Assembly: GCA_001817065.1 (NCBI GenBank)
Contig: MHHQ01000025.1
Coordinates: forward strand, 119,777 to 183,776
Length of the DNA stretch: 64,000 bases
Source: Candidatus Andersenbacteria bacterium RIFCSPHIGHO2_02_FULL_46_16
Lineage (GTDB): Bacteria > Patescibacteriota > Andersenbacteria > UBA10190
Reading direction: 5' to 3'
A program made the position numbers and the translations under genes. Shown piece after piece: positions 1-8,510 of this stretch (position 1 is its first letter; every line of letters begins with the position of its first letter). The notes beneath the pieces were generated by a model, which was not told the origin of the DNA, ran no database searches, and saw only the letters and a program-made list of their open reading frames with translations.

Positions 1-310
1 GCACTAACGCACCTGCTCCCACCACGCTCCATCTCCAGCTCAGCCGCATAACTTCCCGCAAGGTTCCATCATAACCAGTCGATAGTGCCCTGAGCAATGA
101 ACTGTTAAAACCTGTAATAGCTAAGACCGCCACTAAACTATAAATCGATAACAGGAGTTCGTATTGTCCCACCACTTTTAAATCAGTGAGCCTGGTAAGC
201 ATTACAATGATGCCTAATTCGCTAACCATTCTCGCCGCCTTTTCCAAGTTCAGCCAAAAACTGCTTTTTATTAAAAAATTCGTATCAACACCCAGCCATT
301 TATTTAGCAT
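1..310 (-). CDS. Oligosaccharide flippase (Wzx/RfbX-like), 5' part, runs off window start
   Basis: Manual translation from ATG at 310: MLNKWLGVDTNFLIKSSFWLNLEKAARMVSELGIIVMLTRLTDLKVVGQYELLLSIYSLVAVLAITGFNSSLLRALSTGY..., open to position 1; N-terminal pattern of Wzx flippases; glycan-locus context. Confidence 0.7.
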   Translation of the reverse strand, partial: MLNKWLGVDTNFLIKSSFWLNLEKAARMVSELGIIVMLTRLTDLKVVGQYELLLSIYSLVAVLAITGFNSSLLRALSTGYDGTLREVMRLSWRWSVVGAGALV

Positions 311-408
311 ATGGCTACCCCACATAACATTTGCTCATAGCCTCAATTATATACTAACTTCATTCCCTGCTATTTTTCCTATCCGTTGCTCCACCAAGAC
401 CATACAAA

Positions 409-651
409 TATAGACATCACATCATGAAATGTCACTGCAGAATAAGCGGGTGGCGGCGCGGGGGTCCCCCACCGAGCGCCAGCAGCCCTGAGCCTGCCTA
501 CCGGTAGGCAGGCTTGCCTACCGGTAGGCAGGCTTGTCGAAGGGCGATGCCGTCGGATGGGGGAGCAGCGCCGACAGACCTGCCAGCCGAAGCCATAGCG
601 AAGGCTGGACCCGTTTCTTGTCTGGTGACTTTTCATAATGTGACACCTATA
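409..651. mobile_element. Palindromic MITE-like element, family A, copy 1 (243 bp)
   Basis: 27-bp imperfect terminal inverted repeats TATAGACATCACATCATGAAATGTCAC ... GTGACTTTTCATAATGTGACACCTATA; near-identical to 41384-41586 plus a 40-bp insert at 494-533. Confidence 0.85.
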
Positions 652-686
652 CTTTGCTCCAGTTACAACCTCTAATAAAAACTATC

Positions 687-2084
687 CTATCGCAAAGTCG
701 AAAACATCGTCCGTAAGTAGACAATTATTTTGGAATTTTGTTGCGGCTTCTCCACCATCTGCTGCAAATTATTTACCACCTCATCATTTTGCCTACTGCC
801 GGAGGACCCATTCTGCAGTTGCCATATGTTGGGTAAACTCGTCTTTCTCACCTGCCTTTTTTCCTCTTTCGCAAATAGTTCCTCCACCATTTTTTCTCCT
901 GGCCGTCGCCCCACCACCTTAATCTTCACATCTTTATCCGGAATTAGATTGTGGCTCCGTATCGCACACTGCGCCACTTCATTCACTGAGATTAAGTCTC
1001 CCATATTCAGCACATAAATAGCACCCTGCGTCATCCTAGTCGCACTCATTATCACTAACTGCGCAGCCTCACGAATTGACATGAAGTACCTTTCCATTCT
1101 CTTATCCGTTATTGTCACCTCGCGTCTTTCTAATACCTGCCTGCTAAACATGGGCAATACCGATCCCTGAGAATTAATCACATTGCCGAATCTTACAATA
1201 CTAAAACTGGTCACCTCCGATCGTCGTTGCCTCACATACATTTCCGCTATCTTCTTTGTTGCTCCCATGACACTGGCCGGATTAACCGCTTTATCCGTTG
1301 ATACTTGCACGAACTTCTCCACCCCATTCCGCGTAGCTGCATCTGCCACATTCTTAGTTCCCAGTACGTTTGTCTTGATCGCCTCGCCCACATATTTCTC
1401 CATGAGATGTACATGCTTATACGCCGCGGCATGAAAGACTATCCTGGGTTTAACTTTTTTCATTATCTCTTCTGTCCGTGTCCGGTCAACCACACTACCC
1501 ATCATCAATTCATATTTTGACTTTTTAACTTTCGCTTCCTTTAATTCTTGTTCCAGCCCATAAACAAGCCACTCCGAATTATCCATTACCACTACCTTCT
1601 TAACTTTAAGTTCTAATAATTGCCTGACAATTTCCGACCCAATTGACCCTGCTCCACCTGTTACAAGCACAATTTTATTTTTATAATATTTCTCCAAACC
1701 GTTTATACTTCTTCGCACTGGCGGTCTACCCAGCCAATCCTCATCCGTCAGCTCTCTCACAGCCTGATACTGCACATCATTATGCCTAATCACCCGCTGT
1801 TCCCGCGGCACAATTCTAATCGGCACTCGATTATTTAAATTAAGCATCAATATTCGTCTGACTAGTGATCCCTCGGCTGACGGAATAGCTATCACCACTT
1901 CATCTACCTTGTACCGGCCAAGCACACCTTCTATTTCTTCAATTTTTCCTAAAATTTTAACATTAGCGCGGCTGATATCATCAATGAATCCCACCACCTC
2001 ACAATTGTGATAGCTATGTTTAATGTCTGCTTCCAATAACCGCCCGGCTATGCCCGCTCCAATTATGATGATTTTCTTTTTCAT
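687..2084 (-). CDS. PglF/CapD/WbpM-type UDP-sugar 4,6-dehydratase (polysaccharide biosynthesis protein), lacking N-terminal TM part
   Basis: IIGAGIAG N-domain, VTGGAGSIGSEIVRQ, FHAAAYKHV, STDKAVNP-MGATK, RFGNV-S-GSV, GxRPGEK motifs; probable start MKKK at 2084 (track ORF to 2132). Confidence 0.9.
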   Translation of the reverse strand: MKKKIIIIGAGIAGRLLEADIKHSYHNCEVVGFIDDISRANVKILGKIEEIEGVLGRYKVDEVVIAIPSAEGSLVRRILMLNLNNRVPIRIVPREQRVIRHNDVQYQAVRELTDEDWLGRPPVRRSINGLEKYYKNKIVLVTGGAGSIGSEIVRQLLELKVKKVVVMDNSEWLVYGLEQELKEAKVKKSKYELMMGSVVDRTRTEEIMKKVKPRIVFHAAAYKHVHLMEKYVGEAIKTNVLGTKNVADAATRNGVEKFVQVSTDKAVNPASVMGATKKIAEMYVRQRRSEVTSFSIVRFGNVINSQGSVLPMFSRQVLERREVTITDKRMERYFMSIREAAQLVIMSATRMTQGAIYVLNMGDLISVNEVAQCAIRSHNLIPDKDVKIKVVGRRPGEKMVEELFAKEEKRQVRKTSLPNIWQLQNGSSGSRQNDEVVNNLQQMVEKPQQNSKIIVYLRTMFSTLR

Positions 2085-2212
2085 AGTCCATTCCCTATGT
2101 AATATTGTTCGTCCACTATGCCTTTTCTCCAATTATTTGCCTATTCCCCAATATTTACGCATCCGTTCAGAGTGCCCGAAATACGAAAAAAAAGCTATGA
2201 TTATCCTATCCT

Positions 2213-3649
2213 ATGCCACACCGATCTTTTTTTATGCCTGCCGCTCTAATCACCTCCTTCTTGATTCTGCTGATTCTCTCCCTACAATATCCCCTCAGTA
2301 CCACATTCCCCATCGGTGGTGACGCTGCTTTTTATGCCCGTCGCGCTCAGGTCGCTCTACAGTTCTTTGACGATCCCACCGCATCCATCCAAGCCCTTAA
2401 AAATTCGTGGTATCCGCTTTCTCTGGCCATTTTTTCCGCCACCAACATATTGCCGTTGGATTGGCCTAGCCGCTTTACTTGGTCAATGGTCATCGCCCAT
2501 GTCTCCGTAGGAATCTGCTTAGCTTTGCTCCTACGACGCATCGGAGGATGGCCTTCGGCCGCCCTAGTGATGATTATTTGGGCTGTAACAACTACCAGCA
2601 TTAACAGCAATTTTGAAGACGGTACACTCGCGCAATTAATCAGCTTTTCCTTCCTCGCTCTTTTTTTGGAACGCTTTACCGCTGGCGCTAAGTGGTCCGC
2701 CCTCCTCGCACTCATTGCCACGCCATTAACTCACCCCATAACTGGATTAGCACTGCTAGTCAGCCTGCTTGTTACGACTCCCGCGCTTTTTTCTGCCTGG
2801 TCATCACTAACCGCACCACATAAAAAACAGTTACTCCTGATCTGCCCGATCAATTTTCTTCTGCTTCTATTAGTGCTGTTCACCGGTAAATCTGTCTTTT
2901 CTACGTCCAAATATATAATTGGTGTAGCTAAGGACCCCTTCATCAATGTCCTGGTTTCTAGTTATGCCCCCTTTGTTACCCTGGCTCCCCTGGGACTGCT
3001 CCTCTTATTAAGATCTGCTGCTCCGACCACCGCTAAATACATCATTGCTATTCTCTTTAGCCTTTCCGTTATGCTAGCCGGTAATGATTTACTGGAGATT
3101 GCCGTCTGGACACAACGCCTCCTGCCTCTTTTTATTTTTTTTGTTTCTATTTTAGCCTCTTTATCGCTATCGCACATCATTCAAACCGTCTATAAAAGTA
3201 ATTTTTCTCGTGTTCTATTTAGTTTAGTTATCGTAGCCTATTTCTGTACCGCTGCCTGGATAAGCAACAGTCGCGTCTACCGTTATTACGAAAACCCTGC
3301 TAACTATGCCAGGCTGCACCCGGATGAACTGGCCGCCATGTATTGGCTTCGTGACCATTTAACCAAGAATAGTTATATCACTACCTCTGATAAAAACCGC
3401 CATACAGAGTGGCTGCCTGTCATTACTTCCCTGCAGTGGCTCGCTGTCTCACCCGATGATGAATCCCTAATTAACCCCACCAACGATCAGATTGATTCAT
3501 TGACTTATCGCAAACAAAAGTACGTTGCTTATTTTACCCAGCGCGAAAACATCCCCACTCCAGTCTTAGAGTCTCCGGGCCGATATCCTCTGGTCTTTTC
3601 TAATCAATCTGTAGCCGTTTATCATGTACCGCCCTACACCTATGAGTAA
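2213..3649 (+). CDS. Polytopic membrane protein, probable GT-C glycosyltransferase
   Basis: 478 aa, about 11 TM helices, acidic GGD motif in first external loop, soluble C-terminal domain (WLRDHL...YVAY...VAVY). Confidence 0.6.
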   Translation: MPHRSFFMPAALITSFLILLILSLQYPLSTTFPIGGDAAFYARRAQVALQFFDDPTASIQALKNSWYPLSLAIFSATNILPLDWPSRFTWSMVIAHVSVGICLALLLRRIGGWPSAALVMIIWAVTTTSINSNFEDGTLAQLISFSFLALFLERFTAGAKWSALLALIATPLTHPITGLALLVSLLVTTPALFSAWSSLTAPHKKQLLLICPINFLLLLLVLFTGKSVFSTSKYIIGVAKDPFINVLVSSYAPFVTLAPLGLLLLLRSAAPTTAKYIIAILFSLSVMLAGNDLLEIAVWTQRLLPLFIFFVSILASLSLSHIIQTVYKSNFSRVLFSLVIVAYFCTAAWISNSRVYRYYENPANYARLHPDELAAMYWLRDHLTKNSYITTSDKNRHTEWLPVITSLQWLAVSPDDESLINPTNDQIDSLTYRKQKYVAYFTQRENIPTPVLESPGRYPLVFSNQSVAVYHVPPYTYE

Positions 3650-4019
3650 TAACTTTATCTCACGTCTCGCTGCCTACCTTCTCCTCCTCACTTTTGGCGG
3701 TCTTTTATTGCCTATCCCTAAAGTTTATCTGGCTACCATTCTTCTAGTTAGTTTACTACTTTACTTAGTTAATACAGCCATCACTCATCCATCGACCGTT
3801 CTAATTTTCCTTGTCTTCATCATTATCCCCTTGGTTGCCTTCCAAGTGCCCACTTTTATCCCTGCAACATTGCCTCCCTTGCACCAATTGGCAATCGCCA
3901 CCGCCCTGTGGGGCACGCTAATCAGCCTGCTTGTTTCAATCCTTTCCTTGTCTACCAGTTATATTCGATTACGCTTAGGTCAAACCGTTCCATCTCGGTC
4001 GGATCATGCTCCAAAGTAG
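3642..4019 (+). CDS. Small membrane protein (about 4 TM)
   Basis: Hydrophobic ORF overlapping the stop of the upstream gene; probable start MSNN at 3642; 3' end overlaps the convergent epimerase gene. Confidence 0.5.
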   Translation: MSNNFISRLAAYLLLLTFGGLLLPIPKVYLATILLVSLLLYLVNTAITHPSTVLIFLVFIIIPLVAFQVPTFIPATLPPLHQLAIATALWGTLISLLVSILSLSTSYIRLRLGQTVPSRSDHAPK

Positions 4020-4380
4020 CTAAGTTGGCGACAATCGATAGTTGCTGGCAAAGGCCTATCATTCCGTTGGTCACTCCATGGGGAATATGTAACAAACCAT
4101 AGCAATCTGTACTAAGATAGTATTCTTCAATCTGTCCACCAGTAGACGACTTTTCCCTTCCATCATATAGCACCACCTTGACTGCACCCGTTATGCAAGC
4201 ATAATTCAAGTCCATCTGTTTGTGTTTATGCCAAGCTTTTATCACCCCGTGATATAACGAGGTAAAGTAAATTTCACCGAACTGGCTATATGATTCATCT
4301 GACTTTTTCATCAACTGCCAAACTACACCCCGATCATCTGGGATTTTTTTTAATGTTTTATAAATTACTCCCTCTATCAT
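3952..4380 (-). CDS. dTDP/CDP-4-keto-sugar 3,5-epimerase family (RmlC-like cupin)
   Basis: DDRG, GVIKAWHKH, LYDGR, LHIPHGV motifs. Confidence 0.85.
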   Translation of the reverse strand: MIEGVIYKTLKKIPDDRGVVWQLMKKSDESYSQFGEIYFTSLYHGVIKAWHKHKQMDLNYACITGAVKVVLYDGREKSSTGGQIEEYYLSTDCYGLLHIPHGVTNGMIGLCQQLSIVANLATLEHDPTEMERFDLSVIEYNW

Positions 4381-5450
4381 ACCTTCACTTTTATATCATC
4401 GATCATTCGTAGCGTATTCGACATCAATCCTGCCTGCATCATGGCCCGGTAACGCCTTAATGTATAGTAGCCATTAAATTTGCTATCCTCGTTATCAAAA
4501 CCGCGCTTCCTAAAAATTTGCACCAAGTCCTGCACCCCTTGATTAATTGACCATTTGGCTTGCCAGCCAGCTTGCTCTATCTTGTCAAAGCTTACTCGAT
4601 ACGTCCTCTCGTCTCGTGTGCTTTCACTTTTAATGATTATTTTACTGCCTGCTATCACTTGCTGTACTTTCGCGGCAATATCCCGGACTTGCCGGTTATT
4701 CGCTGCCTGACCGATATTAAACGCTTCTCGGCACACTTGCTCGGCAGGCGCTTCCATTAAAAACATAAACGCCTTAGCACAATCCATTACATGCAAATTA
4801 GGCCGCCATGGCGTTCCATCGCTTAAGACCTCTATACGGCCATTTAAATAACCATTGGCCGTCAAATCGTTTACGACTAAATCTAGACGCAACCGAGGCG
4901 AAAAGCCAAAAACTGTGGCATTGCGTAAAATTACTGGCACGAATCCATGGCTGGCCATTCGAACTAGCTCTTTTTCCATCATCACTTTGGACTTAGCATA
5001 GGCCGTTCTCGGATTTACTTTGTCTTTTTCAGTCACCACTTTCGGTCCGCTCGCTCCATAAGTACTGCAGGATGATGAAAATAAAAATCGCTCGATCTTA
5101 GCCTTCTTAGCAATTTCTGCTAATCTGACCCCCGCCTTAAAGTTAATATCGTAAGTCAGCTGCTGATCCAATTCTCCCAGTGGATCGTTGGATAAGCCCG
5201 CCAAATGAATCACCGCTTCACACCCTGCCAAGTCGTCTTTCTCTATGTCACGGATGTCCTTTTTTATTTGGACGGTGGCCGGCAGTCGAGGCACCATTTG
5301 CACATCTTCAAAAATGCCAGCATCAATTCCCACAACCTTATATCCCGCCTCGATCAGCAACCTTGTCAACACCGATCCTATGTAACCTTGGTTACCTGTG
5401 ACCGCTATTTTTCTCTTCCGCTCTGCTCCCAAGTTTTCTTTTGCTGCCAT
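4377..5450 (-). CDS. NAD-dependent sugar epimerase/dehydratase (extended SDR)
   Basis: TGNQGYIG, HLAGLSNDPLG, SSCSTYG, YAKSK, RLDLVVN motifs. Confidence 0.9.
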   Translation of the reverse strand: MAAKENLGAERKRKIAVTGNQGYIGSVLTRLLIEAGYKVVGIDAGIFEDVQMVPRLPATVQIKKDIRDIEKDDLAGCEAVIHLAGLSNDPLGELDQQLTYDINFKAGVRLAEIAKKAKIERFLFSSSCSTYGASGPKVVTEKDKVNPRTAYAKSKVMMEKELVRMASHGFVPVILRNATVFGFSPRLRLDLVVNDLTANGYLNGRIEVLSDGTPWRPNLHVMDCAKAFMFLMEAPAEQVCREAFNIGQAANNRQVRDIAAKVQQVIAGSKIIIKSESTRDERTYRVSFDKIEQAGWQAKWSINQGVQDLVQIFRKRGFDNEDSKFNGYYTLRRYRAMMQAGLMSNTLRMIDDIKVKV

Positions 5451-6190
5451 AGATTATTTAAGTATTGCACATCCTTTACCGTATTCATCGCATGCCAGAA
5501 TCCATCATGCCGATATTGTCCGAGCTTCTTCCTATCTGCCATTCTAGCTAATCCGTCTTCTAAAGCCTCGCCCACTCGTAAATACTTTAATGCTTCTTGC
5601 TCGAACACCATGAATCCGCCATTAATATATTCCTTCACCTTCGGTTTTTCCGCAAACTTTTTCACTACATCCCTCTTATCCGCCCAGACCTTACCGTAAT
5701 GTGATGACGGATGGGCTACCGTAATTGTTGCCTTAATACCCAAACGCTTTTTTTGTTTATTATGATAGCTGATCAACCTATCTAAATTTACATCACTCAC
5801 ATCATCTCCGTACGACACTAGAAACTGTTTATCCTTAATATATTTAGCCGCTATCAGTACTCTTTCCGCTGTATCTGCCAGCTCTCCCGTTTCAATTAGT
5901 CCTACCTTATAATCCCAGGGCATTTTATCAGTCAACAATTTTATCTCGCCGCCCACTAAGTCCACTTCAACATCATTAGCTGTTTTTACCAGATTAAAAA
6001 AATACTCTCTTATTAAATCACCGCGATAACCTAAACATAACAGGAATTCTTTATAGTCATACTGACCATAGAGGTTCATAATATGAATCAATATCGGCCA
6101 TTCACCCACTCTCACCATTGCTTTCGGTTTAAATTCAGTTTCTTCGTTCATGCGCCAACCACGGCCGCCACATAAAATTATTGTTTTCAT
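5405..6190 (-). CDS. rfbF: Glucose-1-phosphate cytidylyltransferase family
   Basis: ILCGGRGWRM-EET--PK-MV, LGYRG, TGE-ADT, YGD, INGGFMVF, H-GFW-AM-T motifs. Confidence 0.8.
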   Translation of the reverse strand: MKTIILCGGRGWRMNEETEFKPKAMVRVGEWPILIHIMNLYGQYDYKEFLLCLGYRGDLIREYFFNLVKTANDVEVDLVGGEIKLLTDKMPWDYKVGLIETGELADTAERVLIAAKYIKDKQFLVSYGDDVSDVNLDRLISYHNKQKKRLGIKATITVAHPSSHYGKVWADKRDVVKKFAEKPKVKEYINGGFMVFEQEALKYLRVGEALEDGLARMADRKKLGQYRHDGFWHAMNTVKDVQYLNNLWQQKKTWEQSGREK

Positions 6191-6376
6191 CTTATCACCT
6201 TAAGCGACGATCCCTCATTCCCGCAAGCTCCTTATTGTGTCTTTCCGTCTTGTCGTCCGAAGCTTTACGCATACGATGAAGCTGTAAAAAAGGTAACGCT
6301 AGAAAGGCAAAACAACAAATTAAAATCAAAATAATTAAGACTGTCATTGCATAGCGAAAGTTTTACACTATGAACC

Positions 6377-6399
6377 TCCCCGCGGCAAGACCGCGGGGA
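6377..6399. repeat. GC-rich hairpin (REP / IS200-IS605-end-like)
   Basis: TCCCCGCGG-CAAGA-CCGCGGGGA perfect 9-bp stem in a divergent intergenic region. Confidence 0.55.
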
Positions 6400-6541
6400 A
6401 TCATCTAGTTGAATTGATATTTTACGCTTTCCTTTTTACGTTTTTCCTTCTTTGATTATTATCACCTTTTTGCCATACCACACCTGACACTTGAAAATTT
6501 CCGATTTGTATCTACCTCCCACTTTCTAGTATTTTAGTTAT

Positions 6542-7528
6542 ATGAGTAAAATACTCGTCACTGGCGGTGCCGGATTTATTGGTGCCCACGTCGCTACCAA
6601 ACTGCTGGAGCGTGGCGACGATGTGGTTATTATTGATGATTTTAATGACCGCTATGACCCGCGATTAAAACATTTACGCTTTGAACACTTTTTTTCCGGC
6701 AGCCTCAAGCCCAAGTTAGTCACTGGTGATATTCGCGACAATGATCTTATCACGAAACTTTTTGACCAAGAAAAATTCAATCATGTCATTCATTTAGCTG
6801 CTTGGGCAGCCGTTCAAACCAGCATCGATAATCCCTACATATACACTTCTGTGAACGTGGATGGTACCGTTAATGTCTTTGAGGCCGCTCGTCACAACGA
6901 CGTCAAAAACATCGTTTTTGCTTCCAGCTCTTCCGTTTATGGCGGTCGTGATAAAGTTCCGTTCCAAGAAAAAGACGATGTTTCTCGTCCGATCTCACCT
7001 TATGCCGCTACCAAGGCAGCCGGTGAAATTATGTGCGCCACCTGGTATAACCTGTATCAAATCCCGATCAGCGCCCTGCGCTTTTTTACGGTTTATGGCC
7101 CCTGGGGTCGACCTGAAATGGCCATTTTTAAATTCTCTGAAGCTATCCTGCGTGGCCAGCCCTTGTTAATGCGCGGTCATCAAACTATGCGTGACTTTAC
7201 CTTTATCGATGATTGTGTACAGGGAGTCATTAGTGCCTTGGACCATCCGCACCAATTCTCAATTTTCAATTTAGGTGAATCAGACGCCGTGCCTCTGCCT
7301 CGTCTTATTTCCGCCCTGGAGCACTCTTTTAATAAGCCAGCTCTCATTCAAGAGGTTCCCTTACCGCCTGGCGATGTGCCACGTACTCTAGCTGATATTT
7401 CCCTAGCGCAAGCCATGCTGTCCTACCAACCTGTCACTAAAATAGAGGACGGCATAGCTAAATTCACCCAGTGGTATAAAGAGTGGTACATTCCTAACTT
7501 TCTTCCGGATTTAACCAATTCCCTTTAG
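6542..7528 (+). CDS. UDP-glucuronate 4-epimerase-like NAD-dependent epimerase
   Basis: TGGAGFIG, ASSSSVYG, PISPYAATK, LRFFTVYGPWGRP-MA, PGDV motifs. Confidence 0.88.
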   Translation: MSKILVTGGAGFIGAHVATKLLERGDDVVIIDDFNDRYDPRLKHLRFEHFFSGSLKPKLVTGDIRDNDLITKLFDQEKFNHVIHLAAWAAVQTSIDNPYIYTSVNVDGTVNVFEAARHNDVKNIVFASSSSVYGGRDKVPFQEKDDVSRPISPYAATKAAGEIMCATWYNLYQIPISALRFFTVYGPWGRPEMAIFKFSEAILRGQPLLMRGHQTMRDFTFIDDCVQGVISALDHPHQFSIFNLGESDAVPLPRLISALEHSFNKPALIQEVPLPPGDVPRTLADISLAQAMLSYQPVTKIEDGIAKFTQWYKEWYIPNFLPDLTNSL

Positions 7529-8241
7529 CTTTCGCCCTGTCCACTCCCTTCCTTCTGCCGCCACAAAGCATGCGGCGCTGCGGCGATTATAACCACGGCT
7601 AATAAATATGCCATCCCAGTAATTATAGCTCGGGTTGGATTCTCTATTGCTCCTTGCTTATATCGTTGCCACTTTTGCCGTCGACCGAACACCTGCATAC
7701 TAATATCGCCATTTTTCTTATTGCTGGCTATCCAATAGTTTCCCGCTGGGTATCTGCCATCATCCTTTTCGATAAATATCCGCGGTGCCTTGCCTTGTTC
7801 GTTACTGCTAATTTCTCTGCCGTCCATGGTTAATACATACTTACCTTCCCAAGCAGTTTCACTATCCAGCGGCAATGCTATTTCGTAAATTCCCTCGTTT
7901 TTTCCCGCTTCGTGATATTCGCTCAACCGCCATTGTTCTAAAACATTTCCTTCTTGCCTCAAACTAATTTCTACTGCCCCCGCTTCTTGTGGTATAAACA
8001 TCGGAATTATCAGTCTCGTCACTGGCGTTCGCTCGTTTATAACAAATTCCTGCGAGACATTAAACTGCGCATATATCTTTAAAGCAAATCCCGGGTCTCG
8101 ATATGCTAAAATATCAATTATTTTATATTCTTCATACTTCGTTGCCATCAACCACCCACTGCCTATTACGACAATTAATATCACTACCGATAATAAATAT
8201 CTTATTATCACAAAAATGATTTCTTTCTTCATACTTCCCAC
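7525..8241 (-). CDS. Membrane-anchored protein with extracytoplasmic beta-rich domain
   Basis: N- and C-terminal TM helices around a domain (VSQEF...RYPAG...GDI) also seen in neighbouring GT-C proteins. Confidence 0.6.
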   Translation of the reverse strand: MGSMKKEIIFVIIRYLLSVVILIVVIGSGWLMATKYEEYKIIDILAYRDPGFALKIYAQFNVSQEFVINERTPVTRLIIPMFIPQEAGAVEISLRQEGNVLEQWRLSEYHEAGKNEGIYEIALPLDSETAWEGKYVLTMDGREISSNEQGKAPRIFIEKDDGRYPAGNYWIASNKKNGDISMQVFGRRQKWQRYKQGAIENPTRAIITGMAYLLAVVIIAAAPHALWRQKEGSGQGES

Positions 8242-8261
8242 AATAACGGTACAATTACTTA

Positions 8262-8498
8262 GGCGCCATCCAAAAATAACTTGGCCAGATCTCGTTCAAT
8301 ATGCGTCGAGATACGGCTTTTCCAATTGCCTGCCGGCCATAGCTTTCTTGACCACCGTAGCTTTAGCGAAGGTGGTAGCGACGGCTGGAGCGAACCACTC
8401 ACCGTAGCCAAGCTACGGTGAGTGGTTCGTGATTGAAGAAAAATCGTAAATTGGTGCATAGTGAACGAGAGATGGTCAAGTTATTTTGAGACGGTGAC
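8262..8498. mobile_element. Foldback MITE, family B, copy 1 (IS5/PIF-like, TTA target duplication)
   Basis: TTA|GGCGCCATCCAAAAATAACTTGGCCA ... TGGTCAAGTTATTTTGAGACGGTGAC|TTA; homologous to 56771-57031. Confidence 0.8.
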
Positions 8499-8510
8499 TT
8501 AAGCTTATTT

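Noticed and set aside
494-533. Tandem 20-nt palindromes as a CRISPR array
   Set aside because: Only two abutting units, no spacers, no cas genes
379-636. 85-aa ORF and similar ORFs at 41366-41581 and 23122-23316
   Set aside because: They are translations of the family A palindromic element; their similarity comes from the DNA repeat
409-651. GC-rich structured core as a housekeeping RNA (RNase P, tmRNA, SRP, tRNA)
   Set aside because: Multi-copy, bounded by TIRs, variable by nested insertions, and lacking the conserved motifs of those RNAs
8259-8459. 66-aa ORF and its look-alike at 56768-56992
   Set aside because: Translations of the family B MITE; PPSLKLR and AKATAG peptides derive from the REP units
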